A stretch of DNA of 64,000 nt from Lytechinus pictus (lineage: Eukaryota), in assembly GCF_037042905.1 (NCBI RefSeq), contig NC_087263.1, forward strand, positions 8,558,001 to 8,622,000, written 5' to 3'. The notes below the pieces were generated by a model. That model saw nothing but the letters and a program-made list of their open reading frames with translations. It searched no databases and was not told the DNA's origin. Positions 38,050 to 50,348 of the stretch are shown piece by piece (position 1 is the first letter of the stretch; each line of letters begins with the position of its first letter). The position numbers and the translations under genes were made by a program.

Positions 38050-38652
38050 AGGACAAGTCCACTCCAGAAAAAAATATTGATTTGAATAAATAGAGAAAAA
38101 TCAAACAAGCATTATGCTGAAAATTTCATCAAAATCAGATGTAAAATAAGAATGTTATGACATTTTAAAGTATCGCTCATTTTTCACAAAACAATGATAT
38201 GCACAACTCATTGACATAAATGAGACAGCCGATGATGTCCCTCACTCACTATTTCTTTTGTTTTTTATTGTTTGAATCATACAATATTTCATTTTTTACA
38301 GATTTGACAATAAGGACCAACTTTATTGAACCATATAGAATTAAACAATGCTAATTGCACTAGTTCAGGGAGGAATTAATCTTTGTTTCACAGGACAACA
38401 TGGAGAAAATTGGAATATTTCATATTTCACATAATAAAATACAAAATAAATAGTGAGTGAGTGATGTCATCAGTCTCCTCATTTGCATAACGACAAGGAT
38501 GTGAATATAACTGTTTTTTTAAATTAAGCGAAACTTTAAAATGTCATAACTTTCTTATTTTACATCTGATTTTTATGAAATTTTCAGTATTATGCTTGTT
38601 GGATTTTTCTCTCTTTATTCAAATCAACTTTTTGTTGGGGTGGACTTGTTCT
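38050..38652. mobile_element. Kolobok/T2-like MITE, intact copy of the family at 10971
   Basis: TTAA|AGGACAAGTCCAC ... GTGGACTTGTTCT|TTAA. Confidence 0.92.
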
Positions 38653-38904
38653 TTAACGAAGGTATAAACCCCTGTCCAATTTTGCCCGTACTGAAAGTTT
38701 TAGACACGTCATTATGTCATTATGTGTGTGTGTGTGGGGGGGGGGGGGGCGTGTCTTTGTATGGGGTGTATGTGTTTATTGTGTTCACTCGGCATTTACT
38801 CCTACATACCTCACATTTGGAATTATTATGTACTGCTCATGTTGATCTATATATATGTGTCATGAGAGTATTGTGCTATTCTTTTCAAAAAATTATTTAA
38901 AAAT

Positions 38905-39150
38905 AAAGTGGAAAAATACAAAAAATAAATTAGAGAGTCAAAAGGGGCCTAAGCTTTCGATCCTAGCAGAATCTTCGTCGGAGGCAAAATGACAAACATA
39001 TAAAGTGGAACAAACATAATATAGACCATAGACATGCAACAGCAACACTAGAAACAAGGAGACAAAAAGGGCATTAGAGAGTTGTGATGACCAATTAGGT
39101 TAGATAAGGGGATGAAAGCAAAGGAGTAGGCAGACACAAAGGGAATTAAA
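38905..39150 (-). mobile_element. Probable Penelope-like element terminal repeat (pLTR/UTR) fragment
   Basis: Contains a PLE-type minimal hammerhead in pyrimidine-rich (minus-strand) flanks; boundaries are approximate. Confidence 0.5.
38947..38985 (-). ncRNA. Minimal type I hammerhead ribozyme motif
   Basis: Minus strand GCCU-CCGACGA-A-GAUUC-UGCUA-GGAUC-GAAA-GC-UU-AGGC: stem I GCCU/AGGC, stem II GAUUC/GGAUC, core CcGAcGA and GAAA, palindromic AAGCUU in place of stem III. Confidence 0.7.
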
Positions 39151-39154
39151 TTAA

Positions 39155-39399
39155 TGATAATAATGATAACAACTCTTATTTACCCAGGGTAGCCACTCTC
39201 AGCTGTAAGCTGTTCTTCCAGTGGGCCCTGCATAACATAATATGTTGTTATTACCCTTCTCCATTTTCATACGTCGAGCGCCTGACGAGAACGCACGAGG
39301 TCCCATTTGTAATGTCTTTGGTATGACTCGATCGAGCATCGAACCCGTGACCTCCCATTCATGAGGCGGGCGCTCGACCACTGCGCCACCATGTCCGGT
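39155..39399 (-). mobile_element. tRNA-derived SINE with a Meta-SINE-like core and LINE-derived tail
   Basis: A box TGGCGCAGTGG, B box GGTTCGATGC, core 'gagtcataccaaagacattacaaatgg...ggcgctc', tail 'gggccc..ggaagaacag...ccctgggtaaataa'. Confidence 0.82.
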
Positions 39400-42300
39400 G
39401 AATTGAATACAATGACAGACGTTGGTGTGGCCGTACTGACACATCCTAGGTATTGAATTCTCCTGATACTAAGGACAGCTACTAACAGCTCATACTGGGC
39501 ATGCTGGGAGACAGGCAAGGACATTAAACTCCGGCGTACCTGGGGAGTGACGAAGATCGGTGTGCTTCTTTACCGTGCTTGTCAACGGATGAGTAGTGGA
39601 TGGATAGGGAAATGGCCTTCCTCGGAATATATAACATGATCGAGAGCTGTGACATAATTAACGTCGATGTGAGGGGGTATGTTGTTGAATATGAGAATTT
39701 TCTCATAAAATAATTATGGTAGATACAAAAAAGTTGCAAGATGGCCGGTGGTCATTAAAGATTATGCAATTGTATTTTTATTTTATACTTGAATATATAA
39801 TCTTTACAAATATAATCTTTATATAGATATAAAGATAATAGCACCTAGGATAAATTAAGAAGAGGTGCTTGTAACATAGGAAGGTATACAAAACTTTCTT
39901 TATGTATATATAAAATGCTAGAAAGGGAGTGTGTGAGAGAGAAGGGGTGGGGATCGTGCGGGGGCGAAGAAAGAAGATAAGACCTAATTCAAAACAGTGT
40001 ATCTCATCATGTTATCTTGAATACTGATTAATGAATAAATTAATATATAAATGAGAGAAAGAGGGAAAAAACTTTTTAAAAGTGTACAAAATTGTAGGAT
40101 GTTAGTGGCGAGAACTGAAAACTAAGAGGGTATTATAGCTGTAGACCTACAAACTAATCATTCTTTTTCCAAAATTGCCTTTTCGCGCTCATTTTGTTCT
40201 GATCACGAATCGATGTTTGGATTCTCCCGAGTCGATCACGTCAATCTTACCCTTGATGCTATTATCATAGGAAGAGATATGGGCAGAGAAGGATGTTGAA
40301 AGAGAGAGAGAAGGGAAGAGAGAGAGGGAGAGATAAAAGAGGGAGATAGAAATAGAGAGAAAAGAGGAAAAGAAAAGAGAGAGGTGGAGAGAGTGGTGTA
40401 TGCCCATGTGAAAGAAAATAAGTTAGCCTTTTCTAAGTTTACGAAAGCAATTCAACTCGCGTCTCGCGTCATGTTCTTATATGATTACTGTAAACATAAG
40501 ATTTGGTTATGAAGTTTATTATTACATTATGCATTAATAGATGGGATAAATTATCAGGTGATACACACAGATTCAACGTCATATTGAATTAAAAAGCCAA
40601 GATAAAAAAAAAGACTCGATAACGTGTCTAATCATGAGTTTTGGCTTCCTTGGGCAACATACATGTACCGTCCACACAACAATTTGTTAAAACTTTACCG
40701 AATTCTGTGTAGTTTTAAACCAATAATTTGTGCTTTGGGTGAAAACTACACAGTATTAGTTGAAAACTACCCAGAGTTGGATAATTTTTTTAACAAATTG
40801 TGTGGACAGTATGTTGACCAACATTTTAAGAGTAAATTGAAGGATTATCGCTGTGATTCTCAAAAAATCTAATATGAATAGGTAAAGAACCAAGGATGTT
40901 CAATACTTTCAATAATAATGTAATTGATTATTACACTGTTAAAAATAAAACTGTAAAAAACCAGTAATTATTACTGGCAGCTGGGATTCACAAACAGTAT
41001 GAACTGTTCAATTACGATGGGCAGTAAAATGCAAAAATACTGGATAACTTAAAGGTAAATTGTGTCATTGGTTTATTTCAAAACTTTCTTTTAAATTTCA
41101 CTCTTTGCTTTCCACGATATTCATAAACAAGTTCTGAGTCCATACAATGTATTGCATTGGCCAGAAAGAACTGTTTTTATTCTCAAAAAAATATATAAAG
41201 ATGAGAAGATTTGCCGAGTGAGCTTTTTTTAATTTATTTTTAAAACTAACATAAAAAATGAAGAGCGCCACCTTGAGACCAAATGACATCAATACCTGCT
41301 CATGAATATTCATATCTCTAGCTCTCGCCTCTGCGCGAGTCTCAAACGCATGGGCGGGTACGGAGTCTGTACACCGTGAATGCACGGGTTTCTTTCCCGG
41401 TTTCTATTGCATTTCGTAGAAAGCGTGTACATTGAAAACAAAGTCTGACGGCTTTTTCCTTGCTTTCATCTTTGCTTCGTTGATCTGTATTGTTTCTCTA
41501 TTTCTCCAGGGTACGGAGGGAGGGAGGGAGGGAGGGAGAAAGGTGCTTGTGAAAGCCAAGGGAGAGAAAGGGCTATATTCTTATTTATTATATTTTTTCT
41601 AGTTCTTTATATGTATTTTTGTTTTGTTTCCGATTCACTGAATTGTTATCATTTTCTTCAGGTTCTGTATTTTGATGTGTTCATTATTATCACGTGTAGC
41701 AATATACGTTGTAATTTCTTAATTGTTTAAATAATAGGCCTATGCTACATTTTTTTTAAAGGAAAAATTAGAAATCATTTTGTATTGAACTAGCTTGGCC
41801 GCCAATTTCGTTATTTGCTTTGTGTGTCCTATAGCTCTCCACCACTGAATTCGTCAATATACTGCCTCAACGTATTTATCAATTAAATTGGACAAATACC
41901 GCGTGGCCTAGTGTTTTTTTTACAATATCCAGGGGCGGATCCAACTTTCACTAATAAAGAGGGAGGGGGTTGAAAAATATTTTCCCCGATCGATCCGCAG
42001 CTCAAAGCTATTTTTTTTTGTATCTATATAGTCGTAACAGTTACTCATAAGCCCTATAAAAAATGCGAGCGCGAGGTAAAATTTTCGGAAATCGTGTATT
42101 GTGTCCTGAAAATTGACGGATCCATGCAGCACGGGCCGGCTGTGCCCCCCCCCCCCCCTTCAGAGGCACAATCAATATTTCTTATGTAAAAATATATCGA
42201 TATAATCATTTTTTTTTGCTTGTCAAATTTTCCTCGGGAAAATGTGCCCCCCCCCCCCTTTGAAAAATCCTAGATCTGCCTCTGAAGATTAATCATAATA

Positions 42301-43499
42301 AAACAAAATAATCATAACGGTACGTAGGGCCTATGGTGCACCGGGTAGCGACTTCAGTTCCGTAAACTGTTCTCCCAGCGGGCCATGCTAATACCCCGGC
42401 TTTAGCTGGGCTAACTGCGCTCAAGCATTGAATTAGTAAATGGTAGTTCCCTTGTTTGTTTTACTAAGGACTGTTTTTGTTTATATCGATTAGCTGATAT
42501 TTCTTTAATTTGATATGAATAATACCTTTTTATTGTAATCGCTATTTTACTATGTTTTATTATACAAGGACCAAGATGAAAAAAACAGTAATTACAACTC
42601 TGATCTTGTGAATCTTTTTAAATATGACTGAATGAATAAATAAATTAATTGGTATTGATAAATATATATTCCATCGAACCTGAGGCAATGCGAACACGAA
42701 GCGCGGGCTAAATTGTTTTATGCAGTGACATGGTTCCCCCCCCCAAGTCTGAATTACCCTCACCTTATTTTATTAATTCTTCCTCCTTATATTTTTTCTT
42801 CTCCCCCCACCCTCTGCTTTCCATTATATTACTTGTTTCCCTTTCTTTCCCCCTATTATGCACCGCCAATAGGGTGGGGGCGCCCCGTTGGCCTCCTGGA
42901 TCCGCCTATGATACCGGTACGTCAGGCCTGTATATTATAAGCAATTGATGTTTATGTAACATCGATTAACCCCCCCCCCCGAAAGTTTCTCTTTGTATTT
43001 TTCTTTTCAACTTGTTATGGTAGTATATACTAAACAAGTATCACGTTTGACTTTGTCCAACTTTGTGACCAAAACTTTAGTACGGTTTTCTCAGTGAAAT
43101 TGATGATGACGTCTCCTGTGTGCCTCCCCCTTCACCCCACTCCTCCTTGGTCCTCTGGGCTCGGCGAATAAAATTGCGTACATATCATGGAGAGATATAT
43201 CGAGGACATACAGCTAGGCGGAATTATTTGGGGAAGGGGTCTTCCATTTCTTTGTTATTCCGAAGTTCCGATGATGGTTCAGCGAATGTGCTCTGTGCAA
43301 AATCACGTTTTGGCACGACTTCTAAGCGCTGGGCATGTCAACGGACAATAACAAAATAAATGCAAACATGTCATGGATCGAAATGGTAAAAAATATATAT
43401 TTTAAAGAAAACCATCGTTATCAAAATTTGATGCAGTCAAACCAACATGTTTTGTTAATACCAGTTTCAACTTACATTAAAAATTATAACCCGAGGCCA

Positions 43500-44468
43500 T
43501 ATTAGCACCGGGGGTGGGGGGAGGGGGGGGGCAGAGAGCACTTGCACCCCCCCCCCCAAAAAAAAAAAAATCTCAGTAGGAAAAAATATTTTTTTTCAAA
43601 ATGGAAAGTGCCCTTCTTTTAAAATGATGTGTGCCCCTTTTCAAAATAAAATACCTTTTCTTGAAGTCAAACAATACATTTTAGGTTAGAAAATCACAAA
43701 AATTTTGGATCGCGCTTCGCACTCACATCATTTTGAAAAAAGGGCACTTTCCATTTTTTCCCTACTGGGATTTTTTTTGGGAGAGGGGTGCAAGTGTTTT
43801 GGTTACAACTTCTGCTTACAATGTTCAATTTTCAAGTTTGAATATCACAAATTTTCAGCTCGCGCTTTCCGCTTGCATCAATTATTGTTTATTCTTGGTT
43901 TCAAAACTTAGAATGTCCATCAGGTTGAAATATCACAAATTTTCGGCTCGCGCTCGCATCAATTATTATTTATTGGTTTCAAAAAGTGCTTAGATTGTCC
44001 AGTTTTCAGGTTGGAATATCGCACTCGCGTCCATTATTCAGTTAGATACACATCTTTTTCATGACAACAAAAACAATAGCTCGGAATGCTTGATTTTCAG
44101 GTCTTATTAGTACATGCAATGTCCAAAATTTTGAGCCCGCGATTTGCGCTCACAACATCTCGCAAGGATGCTCTTTTAACAATAATTTGCGCGGTAATAA
44201 TTGACCAAAAAGCGAGTTTCACAACTTCAGATTTAAAAATGTTTCCAAACCGCTTGCTTGCTACGCTCGCTCCCGGAAAAATAAAGCCTGATTACATATT
44301 TAATCAATCAGAAAAGACTTCAAAAAGGCTTTGCTCAACTTAATTAGTATAAAACGCACAACTACTTAACGCAGATGATAATCTCATGGTGAAAATTTCA
44401 ATTGCATAAAAAATACATATTAATGCCCTCTTTTGCCCCCCAAATGAAAATACGTTCCGCCGCCCCTG
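43500..44468. mobile_element. Degenerate hAT-like element carrying 'gctcgcgct..gca' repeat units
   Basis: Right terminus gttccgccgcccctg; internal units resemble the 45670-47160 satellite. Confidence 0.5.
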
Positions 44469-44907
44469 ATTATCACCCATCGCACTTGCTGGTATTTTTA
44501 TTTATCGTCATTCCCCCCTCTCAAAGAAAAAAACGTATACTTTTGCCCTTTATTTAACCTGCAATGGAACTTGCAGGAAATTTTATTCAAACGCGAGCAT
44601 ATCAAACAGGATGCAAATGGAGGTCTATTCAGCCGGGCATTATTTATACGCTTTGGATTCTTGTTTGCCTAGAAAATGTGAATATTTCAAGAGTTCTTAT
44701 ATTTTCACTACATCTTTGTCCTTATATCTCTATATCCGTAGCTCCACCATGCACGTATTCGAGGGCCCTCGGGGCACGCCCCCCCCCCCGGGTAGGCGAA
44801 AAAGGGGCGCCAAAAATAGGGAGAAAAGGGGAGGAAAAAATGAGGGAAAGAACAATAGAAAGAGAAAAGGGGGAAAGAAAGAGAGGAGGAAAACAAAAGA
44901 GGGAAAG

Positions 44908-45668
44908 GGGAGCGCCGAATTGATGTTCGCCCTAGGGAGGGGGGCGCCCAATTGATAATCGACCTATAGGGGCGCCGAATTTAAGTCCAACATAGATAGG
45001 GGAGCCGAATTGATGTTTGACATTGGGGGCATCGACTTGATGTCCGAATTAGGGAGGCGCCGAATTGATGTTCGACCTTGGGGGTGCCAATTGATGTTCA
45101 GCCTAGGTGGGGGGGGGGGCCAATTAATGTTTTACCTCGGGGCGCCGTATAGATGTTCCACATAGGAGGGGCTGCATTGAAGTTCGGCATAGGGGCACCG
45201 AGGGGGCGCCGAATTGATGTTCAAACTAGGGGCTGGGGCGCCGAATCGATATTTTCCATAGTGTTGCCGAATTGGTGTTTGACATAGGGGGGCGCCGAAT
45301 TGATGTTCAACATAGGGGGTGGCAAATTGATGTTCAACCTAGGTGGAGGGGAGGGGGGGCCAATTAATGTTTTACCTCAGGGCGCCGTATAGATGTTCGA
45401 CATAAGAGGGGGCCGCATTGAAGTTCGACATAGGGGCACCGAGGGGGCGCCGAATTGATGTTCAACCTAGTGGCTGGGGCGCCGAATTGATATTTTTCAT
45501 AGGGTTGCCGAATCGATGTTTGACATAGGGGGGTGCCGAATTGATGTTCAACCTAGGGGGTGCCTAATGGATGTTCACCACACGAGGGCGCCTATTTTAT
45601 GTTTGTCCCGGTGCGCCAAATTCAGGTTCAATTAACCAAGGGAGGGGGGTGGGCGCCAAATTCATGTT
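44908..45668. repeat. ~30-bp minisatellite (gggcgccgaattgatgttcaacctaggg) with a 241-bp higher-order duplication
   Basis: About 25 units; variant units recur at 45140/45381 and 45192/45433. Confidence 0.9.
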
Positions 45669-45669
45669 T

Positions 45670-47165
45670 GCTCGCATCAAATACTCATCCTGTTCATGAT
45701 TACCAAAAGTGCCTATAATTTTAGATCAGAATACAAAAAAAATCATCCTACTCTACGTTCTCGCATTAATTGTTTAGTAAGGTGACGATCCTGTTCATGG
45801 TTAGATAAGTGCTTAGAATGTCCGACTTTGGATCGAAATATAAAAAAAAATCAGCTCGCGCTTCACGCTCGCATAAACTGTTTTGTTAGTGCTCATCTTG
45901 TTCATGATAATCGAAAATGCTTACTCGAATGTCCAAATATTAGGTAAGAATATGAAAAATTTTCATCTCCCTCTTTGCGCTCGCATCAATATTGTTTAGT
46001 TAGATGACAATCCTGTTCATGATTACCGAAAGTGCTTAGTCGATGTCAAAATTTTAGGCCAGAATATCAATAACTTTTTAAGCTCGCGCTCCGCGCTCGC
46101 ACAATTGTTTAAATAGATACCCATCCTTTCCATGGCTATAAAATATGCTTAGAATTTCCAGTTTTGGGTCGGAATACCAAAAATTTTACGCTCGCGCCTC
46201 TCGCTCGCATTAAATGACTTGTTAGATACCCATCCTTTTCATGATTACCCAATAATGCTTAGAATGTCAAAATTTTAGGTCAGAATATCAAAAAAATTTA
46301 ACGCACGCTTCGCGCTCGCATTAATTATTTAGCTAGATACCTATCCTGTTCATGGTTATAAAAAGTGCTTATCATGTCCAGTGTTGGGTTGGAAATTCAA
46401 AAATTGTCAGCTCGCACTTCGCGATCGCATAAAATGTTGACAGATACCCACCCTGTTCTTGATTACCAAAAGTGCTCATAGATTTTTCAAAATTTTAGGT
46501 AAGAATATGAAAAATTCTCATCTCGCTCTTTGCGCTCGCATCAATATTGTTTAGTTAGATGACAATCCTGTTCATGATTACCAAAAGTGCTTAGTCAATG
46601 TCAAAATTTTCGTTCAGAATATCAATCACTTATAGGCTCGCGCCTCGCGCTCGCACAAACAATTGTTTAAATAGATACCCATCCTTTCCATGATTACAAA
46701 TTAGAATGTCCAGTTTTGTGTTGGAATATCAAAAAAATTAAGCTCGCGCCTCGCGCTCGTATTAGATGATTTGTTAGATACCCATCCTGTTCATGATTAC
46801 CCAATAGTGCTTAGAATGTCCAAATTTTATGTCAGAAAATCAAAAATTTTCAACTCGCGCTTCGCGCTCGCATTAATTATTTAGTTAGATACCCATCCTG
46901 TTCATGATTATAAAACAAATGTGAAAAGTGCTTATAATGTCCAGTGTTGGGTTGGAAATTCAAAAATTGTCAGCTTCCACTTCGCGATCGCATAAAATGT
47001 TGATAGATACCCACCCTGTTCTTGATTACCAAAAGTGCTCATAGATTTTTCCAATTTCTAGGTAAGAATATGAACAATTTTCATATCGCTCTTTTCGCTC
47101 GCATCAATATTGTTTAGATAATACATATACCCATCATGTTCACGGTTGCAATAAAACTCAGAATG
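45670..47165. repeat. ~110-bp satellite, about 13 units, arranged as a 5-mer higher-order repeat
   Basis: Unit: gctcgcgcttcgcgctcgca...agatacccatcctgttcatgattaccaaaagtgcttagaatgtc...; a diagnostic variant recurs at 45973, 46528 and 47091. Confidence 0.92.
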
Positions 47166-47649
47166 TTCGATCGGAAAAGAGATGAAAATATCCCCTCCCC
47201 TATTGGCGAAAGCTGGATCCGCCCCCGGTTAATAAATTACAGCTCCCGCACATAATTTTAGCATGGTCTACCACTCTGATGAGAAGTTGAACTAAATTGA
47301 AACCCAAAAATGCTTAAAATTCTGTGCTTTCTGGTCGCATTTATTTTTTTCAAAAGGTGGTTAAAACATATTCATGGATGTTTTTTTTTCATGAACACAT
47401 TAAAAAGTGGTCTTCGGTGCCTTTTTCACGTGATTATGAAATACGATAATTCAAACTGCATTTAAGGCACCTATGATTGCCGTGCTGGGCGGGTCGGGGT
47501 GCCATTTTCCGAAAAGTTCACAGGGGCGCCAAAATAGTCGGGCTCAATCATGGATCCTGGATACGCGCATGTCCGTTGGGCATCGTTTCCAACATTGTAC
47601 CTCCTTATCTATACCGGCGTGATACTAGGCGCTAGTCCATGGATCGGAT

Positions 47650-47980
47650 CGGTTTACTTCCATTTCGTCGTGATGCCAACTCGTCCAAATGCCAACTCGT
47701 CTACTATCATTATTTGGTCTACCATCAGTTCGTTCACTATCCACATGCATGCATTCCGTCTAATAACCATCTGATCCAATAGTCATTTAGTCCATATACA
47801 ATTTGGTTATTGGACGTGTTATTGTGCAAAATGAATGAAAATGAATTGGATACTGGACTAACTGGACCAAATGGTTGTTCGATGAAATGTTGATGGACGG
47901 ATTGGCATTGCATGGACTAAATGAAAGTAGACCATGTGGTGAATGGATGAGTTGGCAGTTGACGAATTGGCAATTTACCA
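47650..47980. mobile_element. Fold-back MITE with short subterminal repeats
   Basis: tgccaactcgtc repeats on the left; gatgagttggca / gacgaattggca on the right. Confidence 0.6.
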
Positions 47981-48421
47981 ATGGACCTACTAGTACTAGG
48001 CCACTGAATTGAACTTGTCATGTGCCATAACACCTAAACTGCTTCCTTATATCCGATACCCCCTCCATCCTAAAGGGAAGGAGGAGAGAGAAGAAAGGAA
48101 GAAAGAAATAGATTGTTGAAAGGGAATCAAAAGAACGATCAAAAGGGAATTTGAACGCAACATAATATTATACTCTGTTATTGTTTGAATCGTTTCTCTC
48201 TCATGAAATTTATATTTTGAATATATATCCTTTCAGTCATTCTCATTATTTTACTGCATAGCGAATTACAAAACGTCCTATCCTCGTTTCCGCTAACCAC
48301 ACATGACATTATTTATCATTTTATTATTATCATGCAATGAAATTCATACTGTTTTTACACGCTGCGTCGGCTGCCACTTGACTACCTTGTAAATATATTT
48401 CTGATGATATTCAGTTGAAAT

Positions 48422-48624
48422 CAGTGGCGTTCAAAATAAGGCTTGGGGCTGTATGGATTCCCAAATTTGTCACGGCCAAGAAAAAAAAGGAAAGAGAGAA
48501 GGAAAACTATTATCTGAATATCATTTTAAAAATCTATCATAGATTACCAAAAAAAATCAAGATTTGTGCCCTATATGTATATCTGGCCCCTTCATATTTG
48601 TTATGTTCATTATTTACGCCACTG
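48422..48624. mobile_element. hAT-type MITE
   Basis: cagtggcgt ... acgccactg; TSD gttgaaat / gttaaaat (7 of 8 match). Confidence 0.75.
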
Positions 48625-48970
48625 GTTAAAATTAAATTCAACTTAAAACATTTTCCCTTTATCATTGCATTATACATTCATGAATAGTGAAAGCATGTTC
48701 ATAACATCTTTCTGTATTTTTCGCTGTTTATACAATTCCTAACCTTAGGTTGTGTGTATTCCTTATGTTCGCATTCTCAATGTTATTTTCTCTTTATTTC
48801 AATATTATTCTCACAAACTTTATTATGGTATGCATATTCAAGAAAGTATTACTTGTTTGCTTGCCCCATGACAGCTTTGCCTTCACTTTTGCAGATCGGA
48901 GTGTCTCTCAGTCAGTATTCAGAGCTATTACTGTATTCTCCTTGACCCCCCCCCCCCTGTGAGTTGTAAA

Positions 48971-50348
48971 CAGTGGCGTAGCTACGGGGGGCCTGGGGGG
49001 CACATGCCCCCCCCCCCCTGAGATTTGGTGTGCCCCCCCAGGTGCCCCCCCCCCCTGAAAAAAATTGGCAGAGTAAAAAAAAAGGAGAAAGAAGAAAAAA
49101 AAAGGAAAAGAAGAAGACAGAAGAAAAAAAGAAGAAGAAAATAAGAGGAGGAAGACGAGTGAATGAAATAATGTGAAGGGAAGACTTGCAAAAAAAACAA
49201 ATCTTTCATGTTACTATATAAAACTTTTGCTTGCGCTTCGCGCCAGAATTGCCTGTTCAATGAAATTCATATCTTGCTCAATAGGCTGATATGGAGCAAG
49301 TTTTGAAGTCAAAATACAAAATATATTTTAGCTCGGACATCGAGCTCTCACCAATTTTTTTTCATTAACAAATTTAAGTGTTCTAGCTGTAAAATGTCCC
49401 TTTTATAGTCTACATATCAGCATTTTTAAGCTCACGCTGCGTGGTCAAATTGTTTGATTTGCCAAGTTCTTATTGTCTACGTGTATTTCATAATGTTCCA
49501 TTAAACAAATGTATTCAGACTGCCCAGATTCTAGGTCTAAATCTAAAACATGCGCGATAGCCTGCATGTTCTTTATATTAAATGTACTTAAATTATCCAG
49601 TTTCACATCAGAATATCAATAATTGTCTGCTCACGCTTCACGATCGCATTATTAATGATACCCAATTAACTATATCCTATTTATGATTTACAAAATATGA
49701 ATAGAGTGTCCCGCTTTTAGGTCTAAAATCTCAATTTTCTTCCTCTCGCGCTTCGCGCTCGCATCAATTGTTCAGTTACATACCTATCCCATTTATTAAT
49801 ACAAAAAGTACTTAGAATGACAATTTTTTAGGTCGGAATGTCAAAAAAAAAATTCTCGCGCTTCGCGCTCGCATTATTGAAATATATACCGTCTTCGTGG
49901 GTAACTGTAAGCAGTCCTTAACAGGTCCCTTTTCGATAATGCTAGAACAGTTAATAAAAAATTCTGCTCGCGCTTGGCCTTCGCAGTAACCATCTAGTTA
50001 CATACAAATCTTGTTCAGGATCACACATAACATTGCACAGAATATTACATTTTCAGGACAAAATACATAAAAGTAAAAAAAAAAAAAACGCTCGCGCTTC
50101 GCGCTCGCACTTTTTATAAGGCTTATGAGATTATTTCATGTGTATGTTGTTCTATAAGAATAAAACTAAGAAGTGACTGATCGGGGGAAATATTATAGGT
50201 GAAGATAATTTCGGGCCCCGTCCCATATTGGCGAAAGTCGGATCCGCCCTTGTGACACATACACACACAACGGAAAAAATGGTGCCCCCCCTGAAAAAGC
50301 AAGGACCCCCCAGTGCCCCCCCAGGAAAAAATCCTAGCTACGCCACTG
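48971..50348. mobile_element. Non-autonomous hAT element carrying the ~110-120-bp satellite units
   Basis: TIR CAGTGGCGTAGCTA / TAGCTACGCCACTG; exact 8-bp TSD GTTGTAAA (48963-48970, 50349-50356). Confidence 0.92.

Noticed and set aside
39325..39399. tRNA gene on the minus strand
   Set aside because: It is the head of a SINE; the acceptor and T stems do not pair properly and a SINE core follows.
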